From: the human T2T-CHM13v2.0 reference genome, Homo sapiens
Length of the DNA stretch: 64,000 bases
Direction: 5' to 3' (one strand)
NCBI RefSeq assembly: GCF_009914755.1
Contig: NC_060938.1
Shown here: positions 43,004 to 55,700 of the stretch, piece after piece
How the letters are laid out: each line of letters starts with the position of its first letter
Position numbering within the stretch: the stretch's first letter is position 1
Made by a program: the position numbers and the translations under genes
The notes under the pieces: generated by a model
Told to the model about the DNA's origin: nothing
What the model saw: the letters and a program-made list of their open reading frames with translations, nothing else
The model's database searches: none

Positions 43004-44434
43004 CGGGGGACCTCCCTTGGGAGATCAATTCCCTGTCCTCCTGCTCTTTGCTCCATGAAAAAGATCCACCTAGGACCTCAGGACCTCAGACCCACCAGCC
43101 CAAGGAACATCTCACCAATTTTAAATCCAGTAGGCGGCCTCTTCTTACTCTCTTCTCCAACCTCTCTCACTATCCCTCAACCACTTTCTCCTTTCAATCT
43201 TGGCGCCACCCTTCAATCTCTCCCTTCTCTTAATTTCAATGCCTTTCATCTTTCTGGTAGAGACAAAGGAGGCATGTTTTATCCGTGGACACAAAACTCC
43301 GGCGCCGGTCACAGACTCGGGAAGGCAGCCTTCCCTTGGGGTTTAATCACTGTGGGGACACCTCTCTGATTATTCACCCATGTTCCATTGGTGTCTGATC
43401 TCTGTGGGGACGCCTGCCTTGATCATTCACCCACGTTCCCTTGGCGGCAAGTCAATTGCAGGGACACCTGCTTTGGCTGCTCACCCACATTGCAGCCCAG
43501 GGCTGCTCCCCACCCCCTTCTCCATGTCTCTACCCTTTTCTTTAAACTTGCCTCCTTCACTATAGGCAAACTTCCACCCTCCATTCCTCCTCCTTCTCCC
43601 TTAGCCTGTGTTCTTAAAAACTTAAAACCTCTTCAACTCTCACCTGACCTAAAATCTAAGTGTCTTATTTTCTTCTGCAACACTGCTTAGCCCCAATACA
43701 AACTTGACAATGGCTCTAAATAGCCAGAAAATGGCACTTTCGATTTTTCCATCCTACAAGATCTAGATAATTCTTGTCGTAAAATAGGCAAATGGTCTGA
43801 GATGCCTGACATCCAGGCATTCTTTTACATATCAGTCCCTCCCTAGTCTCTGTTCCGAATGCAACTTGTCCCAAATCTTCCTTCTTTCCCTCCCGCCCGT
43901 CCCCTCAGTCCCAACCCCAAGCGTCGCTAAGTCTTTCTAATCTTCCTTTTCTATAGACCCATCTGACGTCTCCCCTCCTCACCAGGCCGAGCTAGGTCCC
44001 AATTCTTCCTCAGCCTCCGCTCCTCCACCCTATAATCCTTTCATCACCTCCCCTCTTCACACCAGGTCCGGCTTACAGTTTCGTTCCATGACTAGCCCTC
44101 CCCCACCTGCCCAGCAATTTCCTCTTAAAAAGGTGGATGGAGCTAAAGGCATAGTCAAAGTTAATGGTCCTTTTTCTTTATCCGACCTCTCCCAAATCAG
44201 TTAGCGTTTAGACTCTTTCATCAAATATAAAAAACCCAGCCCAGTTCATGGCCCCTTTAGCAGAAACCCTGAGACACTTTACAGCCCTAGACCCTAAAAG
44301 GTCAAAAGGCCGTCTTAGTCTCAATATACATTTTATTTTGTTACCCAATCTGCTCTTAACATTAAATAAATCTCCAAAAATTAAATTCCAGCCATCAAAC
44401 CCCACAACAGGACTTAATTAACCTCACCTTCAAG

Positions 44435-44863
44435 GTGTGCAATAATAGAGTAAAGGCAGCCAAGCAGCAACATATTTCTGAGTTGCAATTCCTTGCCTCC
44501 ACTGTGAGACAAACCCCAGCCACATCTCCAGCACACAAGAACTTCCAAACGCCTGAACCGCAGCTGCAAGGTGTTCCTCCAGAACCTCCTCCCCCAAGAG
44601 CTTGCAACAAGTGCCAGAAATCTGGCCACTGGGCCAAGGAATGCCCACAGCCCAGGATTCCTCCTAAGCCATGTCCCATCTGTGCAGGATCCCACCGAAA
44701 ATCGGACTGTTCAACTCACCTGGCAGCCACTCCCAGATCCCCTGGAGCTCCGGCTCAAGGCTCTCTGACTGACTCCTTCCCAGATCTTCTCAGCTTAGCA
44801 GCTGAAGACAGACTGCCTGATCACCTCGGAAGCCTACAGGACCATCACAGATGCTCTGGGTAA
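44435..44863 (+). pseudogene. gag: HERV-H gag C-terminal remnant (nucleocapsid)
   Basis: CNKCQKSGHWAKEC (CX2CX4HX4C, 44603-44644) and CPICAGSHRKSDC (44672-44710); upstream gag is disrupted. Confidence 0.9.
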
Positions 44864-45123
44864 CTCTCACAGTGGAAGGTAAGTGCATCCCCTTCTTAAT
44901 CAATACGGAGGCAACCCACTCCACATTAACTTCTTTTCAAAGGCCTGTTTCCCTTGCCTCCATAACTGTTGTAGGTACTGACAGCCAGGCTTCTAAACCT
45001 CTTAAAACTCCCCAACTCTGGTGCCAACTTAGAAAATACTCTTTTAAGCACTCCTTTTTAGTTATCCCCACCTGCCCAGTTCCCTTATTAGGCCGAGACA
45101 CTTTAAACTTTCTGCTTCCCTGA
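44851..45123 (+). pseudogene. pro: HERV-H protease remnant
   Basis: VTLTVEGK..FLINTEATHS (catalytic DTG reads NTE)..CPVPLLGRD. Confidence 0.88.
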
Positions 45124-45239
45124 CTATTCCTGGGCTACACGCTGCCTTTTCCCCCAGCTCAAAGCCTCCTTCACATCCTCCCCTGTATCTCCCCACCTTA
45201 GTCCACAAGTATAAGATACCTCTACTCCCTCCTTGGCAA

Positions 45240-47030
45240 CCGATCATGCACCCGTTACCATCTCTTTAAAACCTAATCACCCTTACTGCACTTTATCCCA
45301 TCCCACAGCACGCTTTAAAAGGATTAAAGCCTGTTATCACTCACCTGCTACAGCATGACCTTTTAAAAGCTATAAACTCTCCTTACAATTCACCCATTTC
45401 ACCTGTCCTAAAACCAGACAAGGCTTACAGGTTAGTTCAGGATCTGCGCCTTATCAACCAAATTGTTTTGCCTATCCACCCCATGTTGCCAAACCCATAT
45501 ACTCTCCTATCCTCAATACCTCCCTCCACAATCCATTATTCTGTTCTGGATTTCAAACATGCTTTCTTTACTGTTCTTTGCACCCTTCATCCCAGCCTCT
45601 CTTTGCTTTCACTTGGACTGACCCTGACACCCATCAGGCTCAGCAAATTACCTGGGCCGTACTGCCTCAAAGCTTCACAGACAGCCCCCAATACATCAGT
45701 CAAGCCCAAATTTCTTCCTCATCTGTTACCTATCTCGGCATAATTCTCCTAAAAACACACGTGCTCTCCCTGCCGATCGTGTCTGACTGATCTCTCAAAC
45801 CCCAGCACCTTCTACAAAACAACAACTCCTTTCCTTCCTAGGCATGGTTAGATACTTTCGACTTTAGATACCTGGTTTTGCCATCCTAACAAAACCATTA
45901 TATAAACTCACAAAAAGAAACCTAGCTGACCCCATAGATCCTAAATCCTTTCCTCACTCCTCTTTCCGTTCCTTGAAGACAACTTTAAAGACTGCCCCAA
46001 CCCTAGCTCTCCCTGACTCATCTCAACCGTTTTCATTACCCACAGCTGAAGTGCTGGGCTGTGCAGTCAGAATTCTTACACAAGGACCAGGATCACATCC
46101 TGTAGCCTTTTTGTCCAAACAACTTGACCTTACTGTTTTAGGCTGGCCATCATGTCTCCGTGCAGCGGCTGCTGCCGCCTTAATAATTTTAGAGGCCCCA
46201 AAATTACAAACTATGCTCAACTCACTCTCTACAGCTCTCATAACTTCCAAAATCTATTTTCTTCCTCACACCTGAGGCATATACGGTCTGCTTCCTGGCT
46301 CCTTCAGCTGTACTCACTCTTTGTTGAGTCTCCCACAATTACTATTGTTCCTGGCCCAAACTTCAATCCGGCCTCCCACATTATTCCGGATACCACACCT
46401 GACCCTCATGACCACATCTCTCTGATCCACCTGACATTCACCCCATTTCCCCATATTTGCTTCTTCCCTGGTCCTCACACTGATCACACTGAGTTTACTG
46501 ATGGCAGTTCCAACTTTCCTACACATCAAGCTCAAGGATTTGCACCTGCCCAGGACTGGCAAATTGACTTTACTCACATGCCCCAAGTCAGAAAACAAAA
46601 ATACCTCTTAGTGTAGGTAGACACTTTCACTGGATATGTAGAGGCCTTTCTTACAGGGTCTGAAAAGGCCACCACAGTCATTTCTTCCCTTCTGTCACAC
46701 ATAATTCCTTGGTTTAGCCTTCCCACCTCTATACAGTCTGATAACACACCAGCCTTTACTAGTCAAATCACCCAAGCAGTTTCTCAGGCTCTTAGTATTC
46801 AGTAGAACCTTCATATCCATTACCGTCCTCAATCTTCAGGAAAGGTAGAACGGACTAATGGTCTTTAAAGACAAACGTCACCAAGCTCAGCCTCCAACTT
46901 AAAAAAGATTAGACAGTACTTTTACCTCTTGCCCTTCTCAGAATTCAGGCCTGTCTTGGAATGCTACAAGATACAGCCCATATAAGCTCCTGTATAGATG
47001 CTCCTTTTTATTAGGCCCCAGTCTCATCCC
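45240..47030 (+). pseudogene. pol: HERV-H pol remnant (partial RT, RNase H start, integrase core) with deletions, stops and frameshifts
   Basis: YSVLDFKHAFF, WAVLPQSFTDSP (no YxDD follows), PVAFLSKQLD, FTDGSS joined to DWQIDFTHMP. Confidence 0.9.
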
Positions 47031-47622
47031 AGACACCAGACCAACTTAGACTGCACCCCAAAACACTTGTCATCCCTACTATTTTCTATCTAGTCATACT
47101 CCTATTCACCGTTCTCAACTACTCATAAATGCCCTGCTCTTGTTTACACTGCTGGTTTACACTGTTTCTCCAAGCCATCACAGCTGATATCTCCTGATGC
47201 TATCCCCAAACCACCACTCTTAACTCTTAAATTAAGTAAATAATCTTTGCTGGCAAGGCTATGCCAAACCTCCTTAGGCACTCTCTAATTAGATGTCCTA
47301 GGTCCTCCCAATTCCTAGTCCTTTAATACCTGTTTTTCTCCTTCTCTTATTCCATTTAGTTTTTCAATTCATACAAAAGTGTATCCAGGCCATCACCAAT
47401 AATTCTACATGACAAATGTTTCTTCTAACAATCCCACAATATCACCCCTTACCACAAAATCTTCCTTCAGCTTAATCTCTCCCATTCTAGGTTCCCACAC
47501 CGCCCCAATCCTGCTCGAAGCAGACCTGAGAAACATCGCCCAGTATCTCTCCATACCACCCCCAAAAATTTTCACTGTCCCAACACTTTACCACTATTTC
47601 ATTTTATTTTTCTTATTAATAT

Positions 47623-47635
47623 AAGAAGACAGGAA
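47623..47635 (+). other. Polypurine tract
   Basis: AAGAAGACAGGAA immediately before the TG of the 3' LTR. Confidence 0.85.
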
Positions 47636-48047
47636 TGTCAGGCCTCTAAGCCCAAGCTAAGCCATCATATCCCCTGTGACCTGCATGTACACATCCAGAT
47701 GGCCGGTTCCTGCCTTAACTGATGACATTCCACCACAAAAGAAGTGAAAATGGCCTGTTCCTGCCTTAATTGATGACATTGTCTTATGAAATTCCTTCTC
47801 CTGGCTCATCCTGGCTCAAAAGCTCCCCTCCTGAGCACCTCGTGACCCCCACTCCTACCCACCAGAGAACAACCCCTCTTTGACTGTAATTTTCCTTTAC
47901 CTACCCAAATCTTATAAAATGGCCCCACCCCTATCTCCCTGTGCTGACTCTCTTTTCGGACTCAGCCTGCCTGCCCCCAGGTGATTAAAAGCTTTATTGC
48001 TCACGCAAAGCCTGTTTGGTGGTATCTTTACACAGACACACATGAAA
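47636..48047 (+). terminator. HERV-H 3' LTR7 with ATTAAA poly(A) signal
   Basis: ~94% identical to the 5' LTR by manual alignment; ATTAAA at 47984-47989. Confidence 0.93.
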
Positions 48048-48148
48048 GTCTCTACTTAGAACTCACAGCATCAGACAGAAAACACAAACAAACTGGCTAA
48101 TAGATCAGTTGAGATGCAAGAGAAAAGTGAAAAATCTAGAAGAGAATA

Positions 48149-48818
48149 CAACTATCTCTCCGTATCTGTGGAAAACTGGTTCTGGGACCCCTTCAAGATA
48201 CCAAACTCCCAAAATTCTCAGGTCCCTGGTATAAAATAGCATGATGTTTGCTTATAATCGATGCATACCCTTTCATATACTTTCAGTCAGGAGTCCCCAG
48301 ACCCCAGTCTGTGGCCTATTAGGAATCTGTCCACACAGCAGGGAGTGAATAGTGGGCAAGCGAGCGTTACTGCTTGAGCTCTGCCTCCTGTCAGATCAGC
48401 CGTGGCATTAGATTTTCATAGGAGAGCAAACCTATTGTAAACTCTATATACAAGGAATCTAGGTTGTGCACTCTTTAAGAGAATCTAATGAATGCCTGGT
48501 GATCTGAGGTGGAACAGTTTGATCCGGAACCCGCCCTACAGCACCCCCGACCCCATCCATGGATAAATTGTCTTCCATGAAACCAGTCCCTGGTGCCAAA
48601 AAGATTGGGGACCACTGCTTTAAATCATCTCTAGATTATTTATAATGCCTAAGATAATGTAAGTACTATCTAAATAGTTGTTATATTGTATTGCTTCAGG
48701 AAAAATGACAAGGAAAAAGTCTGTACATATTTATTACAGATGCAATTTAAAAAAATAGTTTCAATCACAGTTGGTTGAATCCAGGGATACAGAACCCATT
48801 GACATGAAGAGCCAACTG
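48149..48818 (+). mobile_element. MER2 (TcMar-Tigger) split by MER1B
   Basis: TA-CAACTATCTCTCCGTATCTGTGG..AAATCATCTCTAGATTA..GTTGGTTGAATCC..GCCAACTG. Confidence 0.88.
48288..48617 (+). mobile_element. MER1B (hAT-Charlie)
   Basis: CAGGAGTCCCCA..CCTCCTGTCAGATCAGC..TTGGGGACCACTG; 8-bp TSD CTTTCAGT/CTTTAAAT (6 of 8 match). Confidence 0.88.
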
Positions 48819-49399
48819 TGTAGCAAAGTGTGCTACCATCTCCATGAATGCAAATTCAGAGAACTTCCCCATATAAAGGGCTCCTCTTTCACCCCCTTAC
48901 TCCATCTTTCCTTCCTCCTCCTCTTTCAGGTTGTTTGTGTATTGTTTATGCCAAAGTAGTAGGTCAACATTTATTCATTGAACCTCTGTCACTAGCTAGT
49001 CATATCCTTACTTTGGGTTTCTATGGATGAGTACAGTTTGTATAAACATCTTCAATGTATTCTTCTCTAATAATGATAAACTTTGCTTCTTAAAATTAAA
49101 AAAGGGAGATTTTAATAAATCAACAGAAAAATTTCTAACTTCAGGAATGCCAATCCTCATTTACTCTTTTGGCACAAATTACACTGAATTTGAGAGACTA
49201 GTTTTTAATAAATTCAAGAAAAGTATTACTTTGGCAATGTTGACCTCTACCAGAGTCCTGTGACCCTAAAAACAGCAAGAGATAAAGAAATTCATGCACT
49301 TTTTTGCATCCAGGAAATGGCTTATGGCAAAGAACCACCCTTCCCTTATGACTTAGATAAGACTCAGGGAAGACCTATGACAAGGCCAGACATAGATCC

Positions 49400-50752
49400 T
49401 GTTGACAAAAAAAAAGCAAATTCTGTAAAATATTTGAAGAAGTTTACTCTGAGCCATGTATGAGTGACCATGGCCTAAAGCACAGTATCAAGAGGTCCCA
49501 AGAACATGTGCACAAGGTGGTTGGGTTACAGCTTGTTTTTAAATGTTTTATGGAAATATAAGACATCAGTCGATAATGTGAAGTATACATTGGTTCAGTT
49601 GGCAAGGCAGGAAAACTTGAAGAGGGAGGTTTATGGGTCATAGGTGGATTCAAATATTTTCTAATTGGCAATTTGTTGAAATAGTTAAGTTACTACCTAA
49701 AGACCTGGAATCAATAGAAAAGAGTGCCTGGATTATGATTAGGGGTTGTGCAGACCAAGGTTCTTATCAAGCAGATGAAGCCTCATAGGTGGCCCCCTTA
49801 GAGACAATAGATGGCAAATGTTTCCTATGTAGATCTTTAAAAGATGCTAGACTCTCAGTAACCCCTTCAGTATTGGGAGGGCTGGGAAGGACAAAGACCT
49901 AGTTATATCAATAGAAGCTCCTCGCAGATGCAAATTTTCCCTACAAAAGATGGCTTTGCAGGGCCATTTCAAAACACAGCAAAGAAACTTATTTTGTTGT
50001 AAAATATTTTGATTTCCTTCTTTATCTGTAATGTGAGGTTATACTAGAGTCAGTTTGGAATTTCGTATCTTATTGCCACTGTGAACCTCAGAAATTTTGA
50101 GACAGGTCTCAGTTAATTTAGGAAGTTTATTTTGCCAAGGTTGAGGACACATGCCCATGACACCACCCCAGGAGGTCCTGACGACATGTGCCCAAGGTGG
50201 TCAGAGCACAGTTTGGTTTTATACATTTTAGGGAGACATGAGACATCAATCAACATATGTAAGATGAACATTGGTTCTGTCTGGAAAGGCAGGACAACTG
50301 AGAAGCAGGGAGGGGTCTTCCAGGTCATAGGTAGAGAAGAGACAAATGGTTGCATTCTTTTGAGTTTCTGATTAGCCTCTCCAAAGGAGGCAGTCAGATA
50401 TGCATTTATCTTAGTGAGCAGAGGAGTGACTTTGAATAGAATGGGAGGCAGGTTTGCTCTAAGCAGTTCCCAGCTTGACTTTTTCCTTTAGCTTAGTGAT
50501 TTTGGGGGCCCAAGGTGTTTTCCTTTCATACCACAAGAGTCTATTTTATCAGTCTTAGGGTCTCTGTTTTAGTGTTAATGCTTCTCAGTTGAGCCTGAAC
50601 TCTAAGATGAGGAGAGGGTAGTGAGGCATGTCTGACCCCTCACTTCTCCTCATGGCCTGAACTACTTGTTCAGGTTTCTTTGGGTTTCCTTGGCAAAGAG
50701 GAAGGTCCACTCAGTCCGTGGAGGGGGCTTAGAAATTTATTATTGATTTACC
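49400..50752 (-). mobile_element. MER4D-like ERV1 LTR, middle layer
   Basis: TCTGTAAAATATTTGAAGA..GGGGGCTTAGAAATTTATT..TTTAC; TSD ATCC (49396-49399, 50753-50756). Confidence 0.85.
50080..50530 (-). mobile_element. MER4A1-like ERV1 solo LTR, inner layer
   Basis: TGTGAACC..GAGACAGGTCTCAGTTAATTTAG..GGGGGCCCAAG..TTTCCTTTCATA; TSD CCAC (50076-50079, 50531-50534). Confidence 0.92.
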
Positions 50753-52308
50753 ATCCTCCATGTTTCATTATTTGCCTCAGAAATGATTAGAAGAGCTGCT
50801 TGGACCCACTGACCAATCTAGATGAAATAGCTGACTTAACCAAACTTCACTTAAAATTTTCCTGTTCAAACAAGCACCTGAAGCTAGACCTACCCTTAGC
50901 CTGAGCCAGCAGGAAGCCTCTTATGAAAGACCCCTCCCAGAGTTGACTCACCTCAGGGTAAAGCATTCATGGATGTCTCATTCCCTCACAGCAGGTTCTT
51001 TCTAGTCTTGGTTACCTCTCCCTGTAAAGTTAAATTTCTTCCTGCCTGGCATTTTCAGATCTTAGGTCAGAGCATTCTCCTTGATGTCATAGTCTTCCTA
51101 CCCCTCCTGCAATAATCTCTTCCAATCTTTTACCTAACTTTGGACTTGTTTTTATTTGACAACTTAGTAACACTTACTTGTTCAGATTTCAAATGTCTCG
51201 TTCTTTCCACTCGCCCTCCAGCTTTTCTGTGTACTACATATTATGCCTCCGGAATAGGAACTTAATTTAAGAAAAAAATTTTCTTTAGCATCTATTTAAA
51301 ATATCAACATTTTCAAATAGCGTGTCTATGTCAAAGCAGAAGTTGCAAAATGTAATTGAGATGATACCCAGAAAGCACGCAGGACTGCATGTGGTGCAGT
51401 GTAAACCGAAAGTAAGAGGTGGCAGGTAGAATTTTCTTCTTACTATTCTAAATGTTATATAATGTAAATCTTAGCTCACCATTTCTATGACAAAATCTTT
51501 CTTTTGCTCCTAACACCTAAGGTAAATTTAAACTCAACATAACTTACACAGCCTGTTATCATCGGGATCAAATCTATTAACTATGACTAATAGCTTCTTA
51601 AGTAGCCATTTGATGACTGGAAAGAATGCTTCATTTTGCTTTATTGAACTTCCAAGTCCAGCTAATATAAAGCCTTTCTACTCTTACATGAGGTATTTCA
51701 ACTCCTCAAATGTCTCACCTTCTCATCCTCCAATTAATATATACAATAATTCTTGCATATTAGTAATATTTTGAAACTCTAATGAAGTATCAAAAAAAAG
51801 TCTAAAATAACCCTTGTTACACATCATCATTCTTAACATCTTTTTTCAGTATTTATGTCTTTGGTATCATTTAATCCCATTTTATTATAATGCTATTGAA
51901 TAAATACTTCTATGTAATTAAAGTATTTTATAAACATGCTTATCAATGATTACCTAATAGTTGATTTTATGCATAATATCTCATTTATATGACTACTTTA
52001 ACAGTGTTTTGTTTTTCCTATCATCTATTTTCTGGCTATTATAAATAAGATTGTGATGAGTATTTACACATATGTGCATTTATCAGCTTTTTGATAATTA
52101 CCCACAGTTGCATTATATTTATATTAATAGAATAATTTGCCAGTATCCATATCACTAGATCAAGTATATAAATATTTTTAAAGTTTACACTTCCAAAAGT
52201 ACATGAGAGTTCTGTTTGTACTTACATACATGTCAGGATTGCATAGGCTTAGGTTTTAAATATTTTGGTGGTTTATTATCATTCCATTTACAATGAAAAT
52301 AATAGTAA

Positions 52309-52702
<394 letters not shown>

Positions 52703-55700
52703 TAGTAGATGCATATATTAATAGGGTACATGAAGTATTTTGATACAGGCATAGAATGTGTAATAATCACATCAGGGTAAATTGGATATTCATCACCTCA
52801 AGCATAAACAATCCAGTTGTACTTTTGTGGTTAGTTTAAAATGTACAATTAAATTATTATTGACTATGGTCACATTCTTGCACTATCAAATAGTAGGTCT
52901 TATTCATTCTTTCTAATGAGTTTTTGTACCCATCAACAATACCCACTTCCCATCCATGGCCCCACTACCATTCCCAGCATCTGATAACTATCATTCTACT
53001 CTCTATCTTTATGAGTTCAATTGTTTTAATTGTTAGCTTCCACAAATAAAAGAAAACATGCAAAGTTTGTTTTTCTGCACCTGGCTTATTTCACATAAAC
53101 TTAATGACCTCCAGTTTCATCCATTTTGTCACAAATAACAGAATCTCATTCTTCTTTATGGCTGAATGGAACTCCACTGTGTATATGAACATTTTCCTTA
53201 TCCATTTATCTGTTGATGGACACCTAGGTTACTTCCAAATCTTGCCAATTGTGAATAGTACTGCAACAAACCTAAGAGTACAGATATGTCTTTGATATAC
53301 TGAATTCTCTCTTTGGGGTATACACCCATCAGTGGGATTGCTGGATCATGTCATTGTTCTATTTTCAGTTTTTTTGAGGAATCCCCAAACTGTTCATCAT
53401 AGTGACTGTCCTAATTTGCATTCCCACCAAGAGTATATGAGGATTTCCTATTCTCCACACCATCAGTATCATTTGTTATTGCTTCTCTTTTGGGTATAAG
53501 CCATTTTAACTGGGATGAGATAATATCTCATTGTAGTTTTTATTTTCATTTACCTGATGATCAGTGATGCTGAGCACCTTTTCATATACCTGTTCACCAT
53601 TTGTATGTCTTCCTCTGAGAAAAGTCTATTTAGATCTTTTGCCCATTTTTAAATTGAATTATTAGCTTTTTTTTCTATAGAGTTGTTTGAGTTCCTCATC
53701 CTTAGGCAGGTAGTTTGCAACTATTTTCTACCATTCTGTGGATTGTCTCTTTACTTGTTTGGTTGTTTTCTTTGCTTTACAGAAGCTGTTTATCTTGAGA
53801 TGACCCCACTTGTCCATTTTTGCTTTGATTGCTTGCATTCATGGGGTGTTAAAAAATCTTTGCCCAGTCCTATGTCCTGGATCATATCCCCAGTGCTCTA
53901 TTTTAGTAGCTTCATAGTTTGAGGTCTTAGATAATTTTACCCATTTTGTTTTGATTTTTATATATGGTGAGAGATAAGGGTATATTTTCCTCTTCTACAT
54001 ATGGATGTCCAGTTTTCCCAGCACCATTTATTGAAGAGACTATTCTTTTCCCAAACATTCTTTCTGTATGTTTTTGGCATCTTTGTCAAAGATGAATTCA
54101 CTGTAGATATGTAGATATATGATTTTGTTTATAGGTTCTCTATTCTGCATTGGTCCACGTGTCTGTTTTTTTTCCAGTACTATGATGTTTTGGTTATGAT
54201 AGCTGGCTGTAGTGTAATTTGAAGTAAAGTAATGTGATTCCTCCAACTTTGTTGTTTTTGCTCAGGATAGCTTTGGCTATTCTGGGTCTTTTGTGCTTTC
54301 ATATAAATTTTAAGATTTTTTTCCTAGTCATGTGAAGAATGTCATTGGTATTTTGATAGGGATTACATTGAATCTGTAGATTGCTTTGGCTATGGATATT
54401 TTAAAAAGTATTGATTCTTTCAATCCATGAACATGGAATGTCCTTCCAGTTTTTGGTGTCTTCTTCAGTTTCTTTCTTTGGTGTTTTATAGTTTTCATTG
54501 TAGAGAATTTTCATTTCTTTGATTAAGTTAATTTCTAGGTATTTAATTTTATTTGTAGCTATTATAAACAGGATTAATTTCTTGATCTCTGTTTTAGATT
54601 GTTTGTAGTTGGAATAGAAATACTACTAATTTTTGCATGTTGATTTTGTAGCCTGCAACTTTGTTGAATTTGTTCTGATTGTTTTCTGGTGCACTCTTAA
54701 GGTTTTTCCAAATATAAGATCATATCATCTGCAGAAAAGTATAATTTAATTTCTTACTTTCTAATTTGAATGCCTTCACTTCTTGCTCTTGTCTGATTGC
54801 TCTAGCTAAGACTTCCACTACTATGTTGAAAAATATTAATGAAAGTGGGTATCCTTGGTGTTTTCCAGACGTAAGGGAAAAGACTTGTTTTTTCCCTATT
54901 CAGTATAATACTAGCTGTGGGTTTGTATATGGCTTCAATTACATTGAGATACATTCCTTCTACACCCAGGTTTTTGGACATTTTTATCATGAACGAATGA
55001 TCAGTTGTATAAAATGCTTTTTTATTATTAATTGAAATAATTATATGGTTTTTGTCTTTCATTCTGTTGATATGATTTATCACATTGCTTGACTTGCATA
55101 TGTTGAATTGTCTCTGCATCCCTGGGATAAATCTCACTTGGACATGCTGAGTGATATTTTTAATGTGTTGTTGAATTCAATTTGCTAGTATTTTGTTATG
55201 TATTTTTGCACCAATATTCATTAGGGATATTGACCTGTAGTTGTTGTTTTTTTTTCTTTTTTTTTTAATGTGTCTTTGTCTGCTTTTGGTATCAGAGTAA
55301 TACTGGTCTTGTAGAATGAGTTAGGAAGCACTTGCTCCTACTCTATTTTTCAGAATAGTTTGAGTAAGATGAGTACTAGATTTTAAATGTTTGGTAGAAT
55401 TCACTAGTGAAGCTACTGTGTCCCAGACATTTTTTTCAAGTTTCATTTCTTGAGAGAGTTTTTTATTGTGGCTTTTGTCGCATTACTTGTTATTGGTATG
55501 TTCAGGTTTTGGATTTCTTAATGGTTCAATCTTGATAGGTTGTATGTATCTAGGAATTTGTCCATTTCTTCCAGATTTCCAATTTATTGGCCAACAGTTG
55601 CTCATAGTAGCCATTAATGATCTTTTGAATTTCTGTGGTATTGGTTGTAATGCCTCCTTTTCTATCTCTGATTCTATTTATTTGGGTCTTCTCTTTTTTC

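Larger units (their letters stand above)
42571..48047 (+). mobile_element. HERV-H provirus, two LTRs, internally deleted type (5477 bp)
   Basis: Two LTR7 copies, 5-bp TSD GTCTC (42566-42570, 48048-48052), His PBS, gag/pro/pol remnants, PPT. Confidence 0.98.
49232..51161 (+). mobile_element. ERV1-class LTR (MER67/MER31-like), outer layer of nest
   Basis: TG..CA termini with TSD ACTT (49228-49231, 51162-51165); halves 49232-49399 and 50753-51161 rejoin; family name uncertain. Confidence 0.75.

Noticed and set aside
43340-43495. Three spaced ~52-bp repeats (GGGAC(A/G)CCT..TCACCCA) resembling an array
   Set aside because: Degenerate tandem repeats of the HERV-H leader; no unique spacers or cas genes, eukaryotic context
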